From the NCBI GenBank assembly GCA_963815195.1, contig CAWFGE010000008.1, positions 256,001-320,000 of the forward strand: a stretch of DNA of 64,000 nt, in the 5' to 3' direction. The position numbers and the translations under genes are program-made. Positions 50,310 through 58,877 of the stretch are shown one piece after another (positions within the stretch are counted from its first letter, which is position 1; the number at the start of each line of letters is the position of its first letter). Source of the stretch: an uncultured Planctomycetaceae bacterium (GTDB lineage: Bacteria > Planctomycetota > Planctomycetia > Planctomycetales > Planctomycetaceae). The notes below the pieces were generated by a model. The model saw nothing but the letters and a program-made list of their open reading frames with translations, was not told where the DNA came from and did not search any database.

Positions 50310-52661
50310 TTATCTTCTCGAGGCTTCATAAGCCCAGCGGGCGGCCGTGCAAGCCCGGCAGTTGCAATCCGGGTCAAAGCCCAAGTCCTCGTCCTCCTCA
50401 TCGTCGTACTCGTCCTCGTCGTCTTCCCCAAAACTGTTCGCAAACGCGTTGAAACTGAAGCCGAAAGGCCCGGACGAATCGTTTGCAGCCAAGTCGTCCA
50501 ACTCATCGGCCATCGAAGCGAACCAATAGCGGTAATAGGCATCCCGCTGCGATGACGCCATCTCGCGGACTTGCGAACCAAGTTCCCGGTATTCCGGCAC
50601 GCGCCAGCGGTAGCGGAGCTTGAGCACGGCATTCAGCTTGGCCGCCGCGAACATCGGGTGCTCTCTAACGGCTGGTTTGGAATACCAATGAGGCAATTTC
50701 AAGTCGTAGCCGTCATCCAGGAAACGAAGGTGGGAACATAACAAAATCGCCGACGGAACTCGCTCATCGTCGAGATGCTTGATCACCCAATTCGGGTTTT
50801 TCCGGAGGCACGCAAAGAGTTCGTTGGCGATCTTTCCGCCGTGCATGCGGTAAGCCGGGTAGACAAGCTCCGTGCGGTGCAGGTCCCAGAAAAAGCCGCT
50901 GACGTCAAGCAACTCTTCGTCGTCCAACTTGGAAAGCCTCTTGACGGTTTGATCGACCGAGGCCCGCAGCGGCTTCAGATTGGCGGCGGGCACGCGCATG
51001 TGTTGAGCCGCCCCCAGCATCATGCAGGCATCGGCCAAGGAATCCCTGGGCCTCCCCGCCTCTTCGCAGATCCGCTGCCGTTGGGCTTCGAACTCTTCGG
51101 TATGGCCCGCCCGCAAGGTGACGGCCGCCCGGAGATAAGGCAGCCAGTCCCGCGACAGCCAAGCGGGCCAGAGCCGCTCGGCTTCGTCCAGGCGGGCGGG
51201 AACGTCGGCCAGCCAGGCTTTCCGCCGGCACAGCCGCATCGCTTCCAGCAACTGCCACTTCCAAGGCGTGGCCCGCACGCGGGGGTCATCCTGCCGAGCC
51301 CCCGCCAGCCAATCGACATGCGGCTTGGCCTCGTCCATCTGCTCGTTTTCCAAGAGATAATCGACCAGCCACAGCCGCGGTTTGACATCCTCCGGCAAAG
51401 CCGCCGCCCAGTCTTTCATCACCTGGGCCTCTTCGTCCAAGATCGGCTCTCGCTCTGGCTTGGTCAGCCGGTCGTTCTCCAGCTTCGTTTCGAGCCAATC
51501 CACGTAAGTCTTGTAGGCGGACCGATTGGCAGGATAGGCTTTCATGGACGTCTTCAGATGCTTCCGCACGGCCTTGTCATCTTCCGAGTTTCGGAACATT
51601 AAGCCGAACGGCCCTTCGGGCGGCCGCATTTCCAACCGGGCTTCTTCCAGATGGATTTGACTCGCAATCGCCGCCCGGAGCGGTTCGGAAAGCTCCGCGT
51701 TTTTCGGCAGGTCGATTTCGAGATACTCTTTGAGTGCCCGGTTCGTGTTCCGGTCCGCATAGCCATCGTCGTCAAACTTCGCGAAATAGAAAAAGCTGAG
51801 CAGCAGGTTTCGGCGATCGTGACGGGGTCCTTGGAAGGTTCGGACCGCCTCTTCAAACATGTCAATGAAGTCCTGCGCGAACGCCCGGCCCAGCGCCGCG
51901 TGCTCTAAGGCGGCGACGAGATCCGGCTCGGTCTCCCGATACTCGGCCATAAAGCGTTTGAGCCAGCGAATTTTCCTCGGACCCAAGACCAATTCGGTGG
52001 ACTCCTCCGGAACGCGAACGCCCGTTTCCGCGATCTTGATCGCCGCCCGCTCGAACCGCACCCGCCGGAGGAGCTTGGCGTGATACAGCAGTTGATCATC
52101 CAACCGGCCGGCCCAGTCGCCGGGAAACGCCCCGTCCCCTTCCTCGGCTGATTTCGTTGCCGAAGCGTCTTGCAGGTCGGTGCGGAGGGCGTTCATCATC
52201 GCCGTCGCGATTCGCCCGGGCCGCCGGTCGAAGTCCAACCGCTTCCAAGCTTCGCCGGCGGTATCAAAATCGCCGGCCAACCACGCCGTCAGTCCGCGGA
52301 CGAACAACCGCCATTCGCTGAGCGGACTGCTGCGGGCGATCCCGGAAACTCGCTCGACAGCCTCCTCGCCGCGGGAATCACACGCCAGTTGCAGGGCTTC
52401 GCGAACCGCGAGGATTTGATGGATCAACTCGGGGTCGAATTTGACCAAGACCGAGTCGTCGCAAACGGCGGCGTCTTCCGGAGTCTCGCCGGGCCACGGG
52501 TGGGGAACTTGCCGCAACACCCGCTGCTGGTGCCGGGTGTTGCCCCCGGACGCGGTCTGGTTCTGTTGTCGAGAATCGCCCTGGCGTTCCTGCTGCGGGT
52601 TTTTTTTCTTCTTCCGTTTCTGCTTTTGCTTTGCCTTCCGGCGTTGTGATCTGGTCGCCAT
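50310..52661 (-). CDS. Large helical/TPR-like hypothetical protein
   Basis: Basic N-terminus, helical repeats, acidic tail ending CNCRAC; first gene of the Hsp70 cluster. Confidence 0.7.
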   Translation of the reverse strand: MATRSQRRKAKQKQKRKKKKNPQQERQGDSRQQNQTASGGNTRHQQRVLRQVPHPWPGETPEDAAVCDDSVLVKFDPELIHQILAVREALQLACDSRGEEAVERVSGIARSSPLSEWRLFVRGLTAWLAGDFDTAGEAWKRLDFDRRPGRIATAMMNALRTDLQDASATKSAEEGDGAFPGDWAGRLDDQLLYHAKLLRRVRFERAAIKIAETGVRVPEESTELVLGPRKIRWLKRFMAEYRETEPDLVAALEHAALGRAFAQDFIDMFEEAVRTFQGPRHDRRNLLLSFFYFAKFDDDGYADRNTNRALKEYLEIDLPKNAELSEPLRAAIASQIHLEEARLEMRPPEGPFGLMFRNSEDDKAVRKHLKTSMKAYPANRSAYKTYVDWLETKLENDRLTKPEREPILDEEAQVMKDWAAALPEDVKPRLWLVDYLLENEQMDEAKPHVDWLAGARQDDPRVRATPWKWQLLEAMRLCRRKAWLADVPARLDEAERLWPAWLSRDWLPYLRAAVTLRAGHTEEFEAQRQRICEEAGRPRDSLADACMMLGAAQHMRVPAANLKPLRASVDQTVKRLSKLDDEELLDVSGFFWDLHRTELVYPAYRMHGGKIANELFACLRKNPNWVIKHLDDERVPSAILLCSHLRFLDDGYDLKLPHWYSKPAVREHPMFAAAKLNAVLKLRYRWRVPEYRELGSQVREMASSQRDAYYRYWFASMADELDDLAANDSSGPFGFSFNAFANSFGEDDEDEYDDEEDEDLGFDPDCNCRACTAARWAYEASRR

Positions 52662-52924
52662 ACCACGTGTTCCACATTGTCCATGGGTGTCTGCTCGACT
52701 CGTCACGAAACAAGCCGAGAGGTCGCTCGAACCTCAAGTCGATTATCTCTTTTGACCGGATTTTTTGAAAGTCCCGGCCCGGCTTCCCCCCGCCCGAATG
52801 AAACGTCCTTCCGAATCAACATCGGGGTGAGAAATGGACTCATTTTCCAAAAAAGCGCGGATTCCGCAACCGACTGGCGAAGCGAAATCATGATTCACAC
52901 AATGATAACTCTGTGAACCTTGGC

Positions 52925-53171
52925 CTGGGCCCTTAAAAAATTGGTGTTGACGACGATTTGTCTTTGCGCAGCTTTTCGACCGTTCGTAAATTCAACTGTT
53001 TCAAATATGAGTACTTCCAACAATGCCTGAGCCGCGCACGAAGTAAGCGGTCTTACGTTCTCTGAGTCCCTGACAACCGCTTACTTCGTGCGCGGCTCTT
53101 GAAAACAAAACCAATTTCCTGAGCTTTTTTGGAACTTCTGAATTTGAGAAAAAGGACCGAAGGTCCGGCCC
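52925..53171 (-). repeat. 247-bp repeat, inverted copy of 46744-46990
   Basis: Manual reverse-complement alignment. Confidence 0.93.
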
Positions 53172-53339
53172 GATGTCAGCCCACGGCGCAGCCCTGGGAA
53201 CGGGAACGAACAAAATGCTGAAGCCCCAACGGGGCGGCCCGAAATCGGAAATACGCAATGCCTTGTTCCGTGGCGAGAGCGGCCGCCCCCGTGGGGCTTG
53301 CGTTTCAGCCGGAACCGAAGCAGATGATGCCGGACGCCG

Positions 53340-54224
53340 CTAGGTCGACGGGATGCTCTTCCACGCGCGGGCGATGTAGTCGGGCAGATCGGAGGAAATC
53401 AGGCCGGGTTCGGAAAAATCCTCCGCGGCGAGGTCGGCGGCGCGGCCGTGGAGATAAACGCCGAAATGGGCGGCGTCAAACGCGGACAGGCCTTGTCCCC
53501 AAACGGCGGCGATCAGGCCGGTGAGCACATCGCCCGAACCGCCCGTCGCAAGGCCGCTGTTGCCGGTGGTGTTGATCGCCAGTTTTTCGCCGTCGGTGAT
53601 GATCGTGCCCCGCCCTTTCAGCACGAGGACGATGCCGTGCCGGGCGGCGAACTCGGCGGCGAGGGATTCGCGGTCTTTGAGGACCTCGGAAATCGGCCGA
53701 TCGATCAATCGCCCGAACTCGCCGGGGTGCGGCGTCAAGATTCTCGGCACGGGGCCGGCGTCGCAAGGAGGACGTTGGGACAAAACCTCGGGCGTGCGGG
53801 CGAGAAGATTGAGGCCATCGGCATCGACGACCAACCGCTTGGGGACCGAACGATAAAGCCAACCAACGAGCGCGGCCAAATCGTCCGATTGGCCCCACCC
53901 CGGCCCGCAGGCGATCACGTCGGCCTGTTCCGCGGGCGACGCGAGCCGCTCTTGTGCACCCGCGGCGATTCGGCCGTCCGCATCGTCCGGGAGCGGGATC
54001 GTGAGGTACGAAGGCTCCGCGCCGGCGACGATGGCAAGAATCCCCTCCGGGACGGCGAGAAACACGAGGCCCGCGCCGCCGCGCAAAGCCCCTTGCCCGG
54101 CGAGACAGGCGGCTCCGCTCATCCCGCGGCTGCCGGCCACAATCAGCACGCGGCCGAACGTGCCCTTGTGCCCTTCCGCCGGCCGCCGCGGCGCCGCGGG
54201 AATTTTTTCGATACGCTGGGGCAT
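53340..54224 (-). CDS. nnrD: ADP-dependent NAD(P)H-hydrate dehydratase
   Basis: 'HKGTFGRVLIVAGS', 'VVDADGL', 'LTPHPGEF', 'LATGGSGDVLTG'. Confidence 0.9.
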   Translation of the reverse strand: MPQRIEKIPAAPRRPAEGHKGTFGRVLIVAGSRGMSGAACLAGQGALRGGAGLVFLAVPEGILAIVAGAEPSYLTIPLPDDADGRIAAGAQERLASPAEQADVIACGPGWGQSDDLAALVGWLYRSVPKRLVVDADGLNLLARTPEVLSQRPPCDAGPVPRILTPHPGEFGRLIDRPISEVLKDRESLAAEFAARHGIVLVLKGRGTIITDGEKLAINTTGNSGLATGGSGDVLTGLIAAVWGQGLSAFDAAHFGVYLHGRAADLAAEDFSEPGLISSDLPDYIARAWKSIPST

Positions 54225-55915
54225 CACTCTTGCAAATTCTCTTCGGAGAAGTCGGCGAGGTATTTGCCCAGGAACCGGATCCAGCCCGGAGCGACCATCC
54301 ATTGGCCCGCCATGTCGTTGCCTTGGCGGGTGAACCGTCCCGCGAACTGGTCGTCGCCGGGCTGGCCGGCTTCGATCATCAGGCGGCGGTATTTTTTGAA
54401 GAGGTCGCTCCCGGCGTCCGCGTTGGTTTTGACCTGCAACTCGAGCCAGGGCGAGATCCGCCCGCTCACCGTCACAAACGGATCGCTGGCTTTGCCCGTG
54501 TTGGGCTTGGCCGCTTCCCGGATGGCGGCTTTCATGTCTTCCACGGCACTCGGACCGGACCCGAACCACACGGTGTCCGGCGACGTTCCGATGTGAACCT
54601 CATAACTTCCGAAGAAGTCCCGCAGGCCGGGGAATTGCTCTTGGGAGATCAAGAAGGAATGGATCTTCACGCCGCCTTCTTCGGCGACGTTCAGTTGGAC
54701 CTTTTGGCCGCCGCGGGTCTTGTCGAGCAATTTCAGAATGTCGATGACGGAATTCCCATTGACGGCTTTGAAGGCCCCGATCGCGGTGTTCGTGCCGTCG
54801 GCGCTCGGGTGGGCTTCGAAGAAGCCGTCGGCCATGCCCGCTTTCACGTTGTCGTTCAAAAACTTGAACGAGAGATCGATCACTTCTTCGGTGGCGTCTT
54901 TTTGCGATTCGGACTTCTTCGTGTTTTTGTCCACATCGTTGTGGGCGATTTTGCGGAGCAGATCGAACGTCTCCATAAGGTGCTTTTGATGCATCTCATC
55001 CAACGGCAGCCGGGCCCTGAGGCTCATGTTGGATTGGGGGGCCTTGGGCACGTTGGCGAAACTCAAGGGAGCTGTGCCGGTGTTCTGGATGGACCGGGCC
55101 AAAGGCGTGCCGGGGAGGGGCGTCAGCAGAAAATCGAGCGTGCCGATCTTTTTGTTCTGATCGAACTTCGCCACCAGCCGGGAATAGGCCGCTTCCGCGT
55201 AGATGCGTTCCAATTCATCGAGTTGATGCCCGAAGGTGAGCTTCCGCAGATCGAAGGCGTCTTGGGTTTCGGTTTTGGTTTTTTTCAGGTCCTTCGTCAA
55301 CTGCTCCCGCAAGCCGACGTCGCTGTTGAACGAATCGTGCCGCTGCTCCACGCCTTGCGGAACGTTGGTCAATTCGACGGCCGCGTTGTCGGTGAACGTC
55401 AACAGGTTGGCGACGGCCTGTTCGGGGGGCGGGGCTCCAAACGGCAGGTCCTGAAGTTTCTCCGCGAAGACGGCGTATTTATCGTGAAACCGCAGATAGC
55501 CTTTGAAGGTGCCGTTGGTGGAATACAGCCCGTTTGAAACGCGGCGCTGTTTGTTGATGCCGTTGGGGATCAGGTTTTGCTTCCAGAAGATTTGCTCGTC
55601 CTGCGGGTTCACGGGGATGGCGGGGCGATAGCGCACCGGACCTTCGCCGAAGATCCAATCCATCCGCACGAGCCGGGTTTTATCCACGCCGACGAGGAAC
55701 ACGTCCAGGTAATTCTTAATCACCTGGGTTTGTTTTTGCTCCTTGACGTTGGCGAGGCTCATCACGGCCTCCAGGTCCGCCAGCAGCCGGTTTGCGCCGG
55801 TTTGCATCATGCGGACTTGGGGTTCCAGGGAGGGCTTTTCCTGTTCCTGGGCCGGTAGCGGGGCGGTCCAGGAAAACACACCGACCAGGCAAGCGGCTAG
55901 CATTATGCGAGTCAC
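54224..55915 (-). CDS. Exported hypothetical protein
   Basis: Signal peptide; long intact ORF coupled to nnrD; GGAG RBS. Confidence 0.75.
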   Translation of the reverse strand: MTRIMLAACLVGVFSWTAPLPAQEQEKPSLEPQVRMMQTGANRLLADLEAVMSLANVKEQKQTQVIKNYLDVFLVGVDKTRLVRMDWIFGEGPVRYRPAIPVNPQDEQIFWKQNLIPNGINKQRRVSNGLYSTNGTFKGYLRFHDKYAVFAEKLQDLPFGAPPPEQAVANLLTFTDNAAVELTNVPQGVEQRHDSFNSDVGLREQLTKDLKKTKTETQDAFDLRKLTFGHQLDELERIYAEAAYSRLVAKFDQNKKIGTLDFLLTPLPGTPLARSIQNTGTAPLSFANVPKAPQSNMSLRARLPLDEMHQKHLMETFDLLRKIAHNDVDKNTKKSESQKDATEEVIDLSFKFLNDNVKAGMADGFFEAHPSADGTNTAIGAFKAVNGNSVIDILKLLDKTRGGQKVQLNVAEEGGVKIHSFLISQEQFPGLRDFFGSYEVHIGTSPDTVWFGSGPSAVEDMKAAIREAAKPNTGKASDPFVTVSGRISPWLELQVKTNADAGSDLFKKYRRLMIEAGQPGDDQFAGRFTRQGNDMAGQWMVAPGWIRFLGKYLADFSEENLQE

Positions 55916-56015
55916 GCTGAGACTCCTTTATTGAATAAATGACTCGGATGATTGGGCGGAGCGCGCCTCGTTCCGTTCGCGAGGACAAACTGGCGCACGC
56001 GCTATGTCTCCAACG

Positions 56016-58535
56016 TCAGTTGGCCTTTGAGGACTTGGGTTTGGTTTCTGCTTTTGTTTCTTCAGGAGGCGGCGGCTCGACGGCGGCGATGAATCCGCGG
56101 TAGGCCGCGATTTGTTGGGTGGGGGACCAGGTTTGCTGTTCGAGTTCCTGCCAAACGGTCTCGCCCCGGCCGGTCGCCGTCGCCAGGGCGGAAATCAACT
56201 CGGCCGCGTCTTCGCCCATAAAGGGATCCCGCTTGAAGAGCACCCGTACGAACGACAAGGCTTTTTCCGTTTCGCCGGAGAGCACGGTTTGGGAGGCCAG
56301 GCGGAGAATCCAGCGGCGGCGCGCGACCTCAGGCAGGGCCTCCGTGCGGCCGCCCAGGTTCTCGGCCAGCTTGGCGATCTGGTTGTCTTTCATCCACCCG
56401 CGCGAATTTTCGACCAGCGCCTGACCGGGCGGTTTTGACAGGCGGAGTTCCTTGAGCTTCGCGGCCAAGGCGTCGGCTTGGGCGGAACCCTGCCCGCGAA
56501 GTTCGGCCAAGACGATCCAGGGCAGATCGGTTTCGAGATACGGTTCGGACGGGCCCGCGTCGCCGGAGGTTTTCAGGATTTCCGCTTGCACTTTGTCCGC
56601 CAGTTTCCAGCGGGCCGCGTGGGACAACAGCGACGCCTGCAATCCAAAGCGGAGCTCCGCGCGGGCTTTGAGGCCATTGACTTTCTGCGAATACGTGCGA
56701 AACGCCCGCCGGGCTTCGTCGCCGGATTGGATCCCGAGCGCGCTTTGCAAATCGCTCCGCACGAAGTCCGGAGAGGATGTCACTTCCCGTTCGAGCGTCG
56801 CGACCGCGGTGGGCGAAGGCGCGAGCGACCGCAGAATGTTGAGGCCTTGTTGAATGGACTGCCACGCGGCGTCGGTCTGCTGGAGCGCTGCCTGCAACCG
56901 GGCGACCTCGAACGCGGCGGCGGCGGTTGTGTTTAAGGGACCCGTCGCCGGGAATTTGGCTTCGTAGAGATCCTTCATCCCCGGAAGCGGCATCGGTTTG
57001 AGTTTCGGAAACGACTGAAGCGCCGTTTGGGCGGTCTTGAGCATCGACTCGGCTTGGGCTTGATTCCCAGCGGCCGCATACCGCTGCCCCATCCGCGCAT
57101 AAGCCCGCGCGGTGACCACCGGCTGCCAATCCGGGCCGGGCAACCCGGCGATCGCGGCCTCGAGGGCCTTCGCGTCCGCGGGTTGTTTCTCCAGGAGAGC
57201 ATTCGCAACAACGGCTTCGCCCCAGGCAATGAGCGCTTCGCTTTGCTCTGGAAGACTCGGAGCGGACTTGGCCCAATCGAGCCCGGCTTTGGCCTCGTCG
57301 TGGAACACCAACTGCCACACGACGCCCGACCACGCCGGATTCGCCGGCAGGATCAGCGGCCGATTGGCTTGGGCGGCTTCCAGGTTGAAGGTGCGATTCA
57401 GCGAGACGCTCATCACGTCCAGCCAAAGCTGCCCGTCGTCCGCATCGCCCAGGTCCCGTTTCATCAGCGGGGCGGTTTCGCCGGCTCGATCGAGGGCCGA
57501 CAACAGGGCGCTCAGCGAGACGGCTTCGTTCCACGACCCCTGGAGCGACGCCGGGACGTTCTGGGAAAACCGAAGGGCCTTGTCCGCGGCGTCTTTGGCC
57601 GACTCTTCCCGCTCCCGCTGTCTCCAGCCGATCTCCACCCAAGGTAGCACGCGGTAGTGCGGCTCATCGTCGCCGAACTTCGACAGCCGATCCATCTGGG
57701 CCTGGGCCTTTTCCACTTCGCCCATCTCGGCATACGCCACTGCGATCCAATGCACGCTGAGCGGTTTGTTGCGGTTCTGGAGCCGGCCGCCCGTCTGCTG
57801 TGAAATGCGAACCATCCGCTCGGGGGCCTCGGCCCGGAGTTTGGCCAGGTCCGGGCCTTCGGGCTGGACCGCGACCTGCGGTTTGGGATTGGGAGCGGTA
57901 TTTTCCGGGGAATCGGTCCGGTTGGAATTTTTATCGTTCGAGACGACAGGATTCGTGCCGTTCGCGGGCGGGGCTGTGGTGCCGTCGTTTCGGAACACAA
58001 AGTACCAGAGCCCCGCGCCGACGGCCGCGAGAAACGCGACGGAAATCAATCCCAACTGCGTGGTGGACAGGCCCGCGGGTTCAGGCGGAGCCTCTTCGAC
58101 CGGTGCGGGCGGCGGTTCGGGGCAGGTGAAGATCGGCACCAGGCATTTCGGGTTCGCACATTTGACTTCCCGCCCGCCGGCTTTCGGCGAGGTGTAGCCC
58201 GGGGTCTCGCACATCGGACACACGACTTTGTAGGTCCGTCCCTTGGTGGGTTTCGGCCTCATAGGAATCGCGCTCGACATCGCGACCTTGTCCACGGCGA
58301 ACGGCTCGTCTTGGCCGGGCGATTCCGAGGCGGGGGCGGTTTTTTTGGCGGGGGCTTTGGCTTTCGTCTTGGTTGCGGTTTTTTGGGGAGCGGGTTTTTC
58401 CGCCGGGGCGGGAGCAGGCTGGGCTTTCTTTTTTCCGGAAGGCTTCGCGGACATCGACTCGCCGCAAAACGGGCACTCGTCGACCTCGTCGTCGAGCACC
58501 GATTGACCGCAATGGGGACAGGTGGGCAGATCCAT
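56016..58535 (-). CDS. Membrane-anchored protein with N-terminal Zn-ribbons and C-terminal TPR-like region
   Basis: CPHC/CPFC, CPMC/CANPKC, one TM helix, helical repeats. Confidence 0.75.
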   Translation of the reverse strand: MDLPTCPHCGQSVLDDEVDECPFCGESMSAKPSGKKKAQPAPAPAEKPAPQKTATKTKAKAPAKKTAPASESPGQDEPFAVDKVAMSSAIPMRPKPTKGRTYKVVCPMCETPGYTSPKAGGREVKCANPKCLVPIFTCPEPPPAPVEEAPPEPAGLSTTQLGLISVAFLAAVGAGLWYFVFRNDGTTAPPANGTNPVVSNDKNSNRTDSPENTAPNPKPQVAVQPEGPDLAKLRAEAPERMVRISQQTGGRLQNRNKPLSVHWIAVAYAEMGEVEKAQAQMDRLSKFGDDEPHYRVLPWVEIGWRQREREESAKDAADKALRFSQNVPASLQGSWNEAVSLSALLSALDRAGETAPLMKRDLGDADDGQLWLDVMSVSLNRTFNLEAAQANRPLILPANPAWSGVVWQLVFHDEAKAGLDWAKSAPSLPEQSEALIAWGEAVVANALLEKQPADAKALEAAIAGLPGPDWQPVVTARAYARMGQRYAAAGNQAQAESMLKTAQTALQSFPKLKPMPLPGMKDLYEAKFPATGPLNTTAAAAFEVARLQAALQQTDAAWQSIQQGLNILRSLAPSPTAVATLEREVTSSPDFVRSDLQSALGIQSGDEARRAFRTYSQKVNGLKARAELRFGLQASLLSHAARWKLADKVQAEILKTSGDAGPSEPYLETDLPWIVLAELRGQGSAQADALAAKLKELRLSKPPGQALVENSRGWMKDNQIAKLAENLGGRTEALPEVARRRWILRLASQTVLSGETEKALSFVRVLFKRDPFMGEDAAELISALATATGRGETVWQELEQQTWSPTQQIAAYRGFIAAVEPPPPEETKAETKPKSSKAN

Positions 58536-58877
58536 AAATCCTATCTTCTCGCGTCAGAGAACAGACAGCGGGGAAATCTCAAAAGTAGGGGACTTGAGTC
58601 GATTGAAGATACCATCTTAGAGAGCCGGTTGGCCAGTCTATGAACAATCGGGTGTGTGCAGAGATTATCAGCCGGTACGCGCTAGCCTCAATGAACCGGG
58701 GCTAGCGCCCTGCGGCGAATTGCGACACGTCTTCCTTTATTGATCCCCAATTCTCCGCCACGTCCCGATTCGATTCCGATCAGAGAATCCCGCTGGCATT
58801 TTGACGCGGCCAGCCAGGCGGGTTACCATGCAGAAAACCTTTTGTTGTTCGCCTGTTGTGATTTCAGCGAGATGCTC

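Noticed and set aside
46744..53171. Autonomous IS or transposon
   Set aside because: No transposase inside or beside the repeats and no clear target-site duplication.
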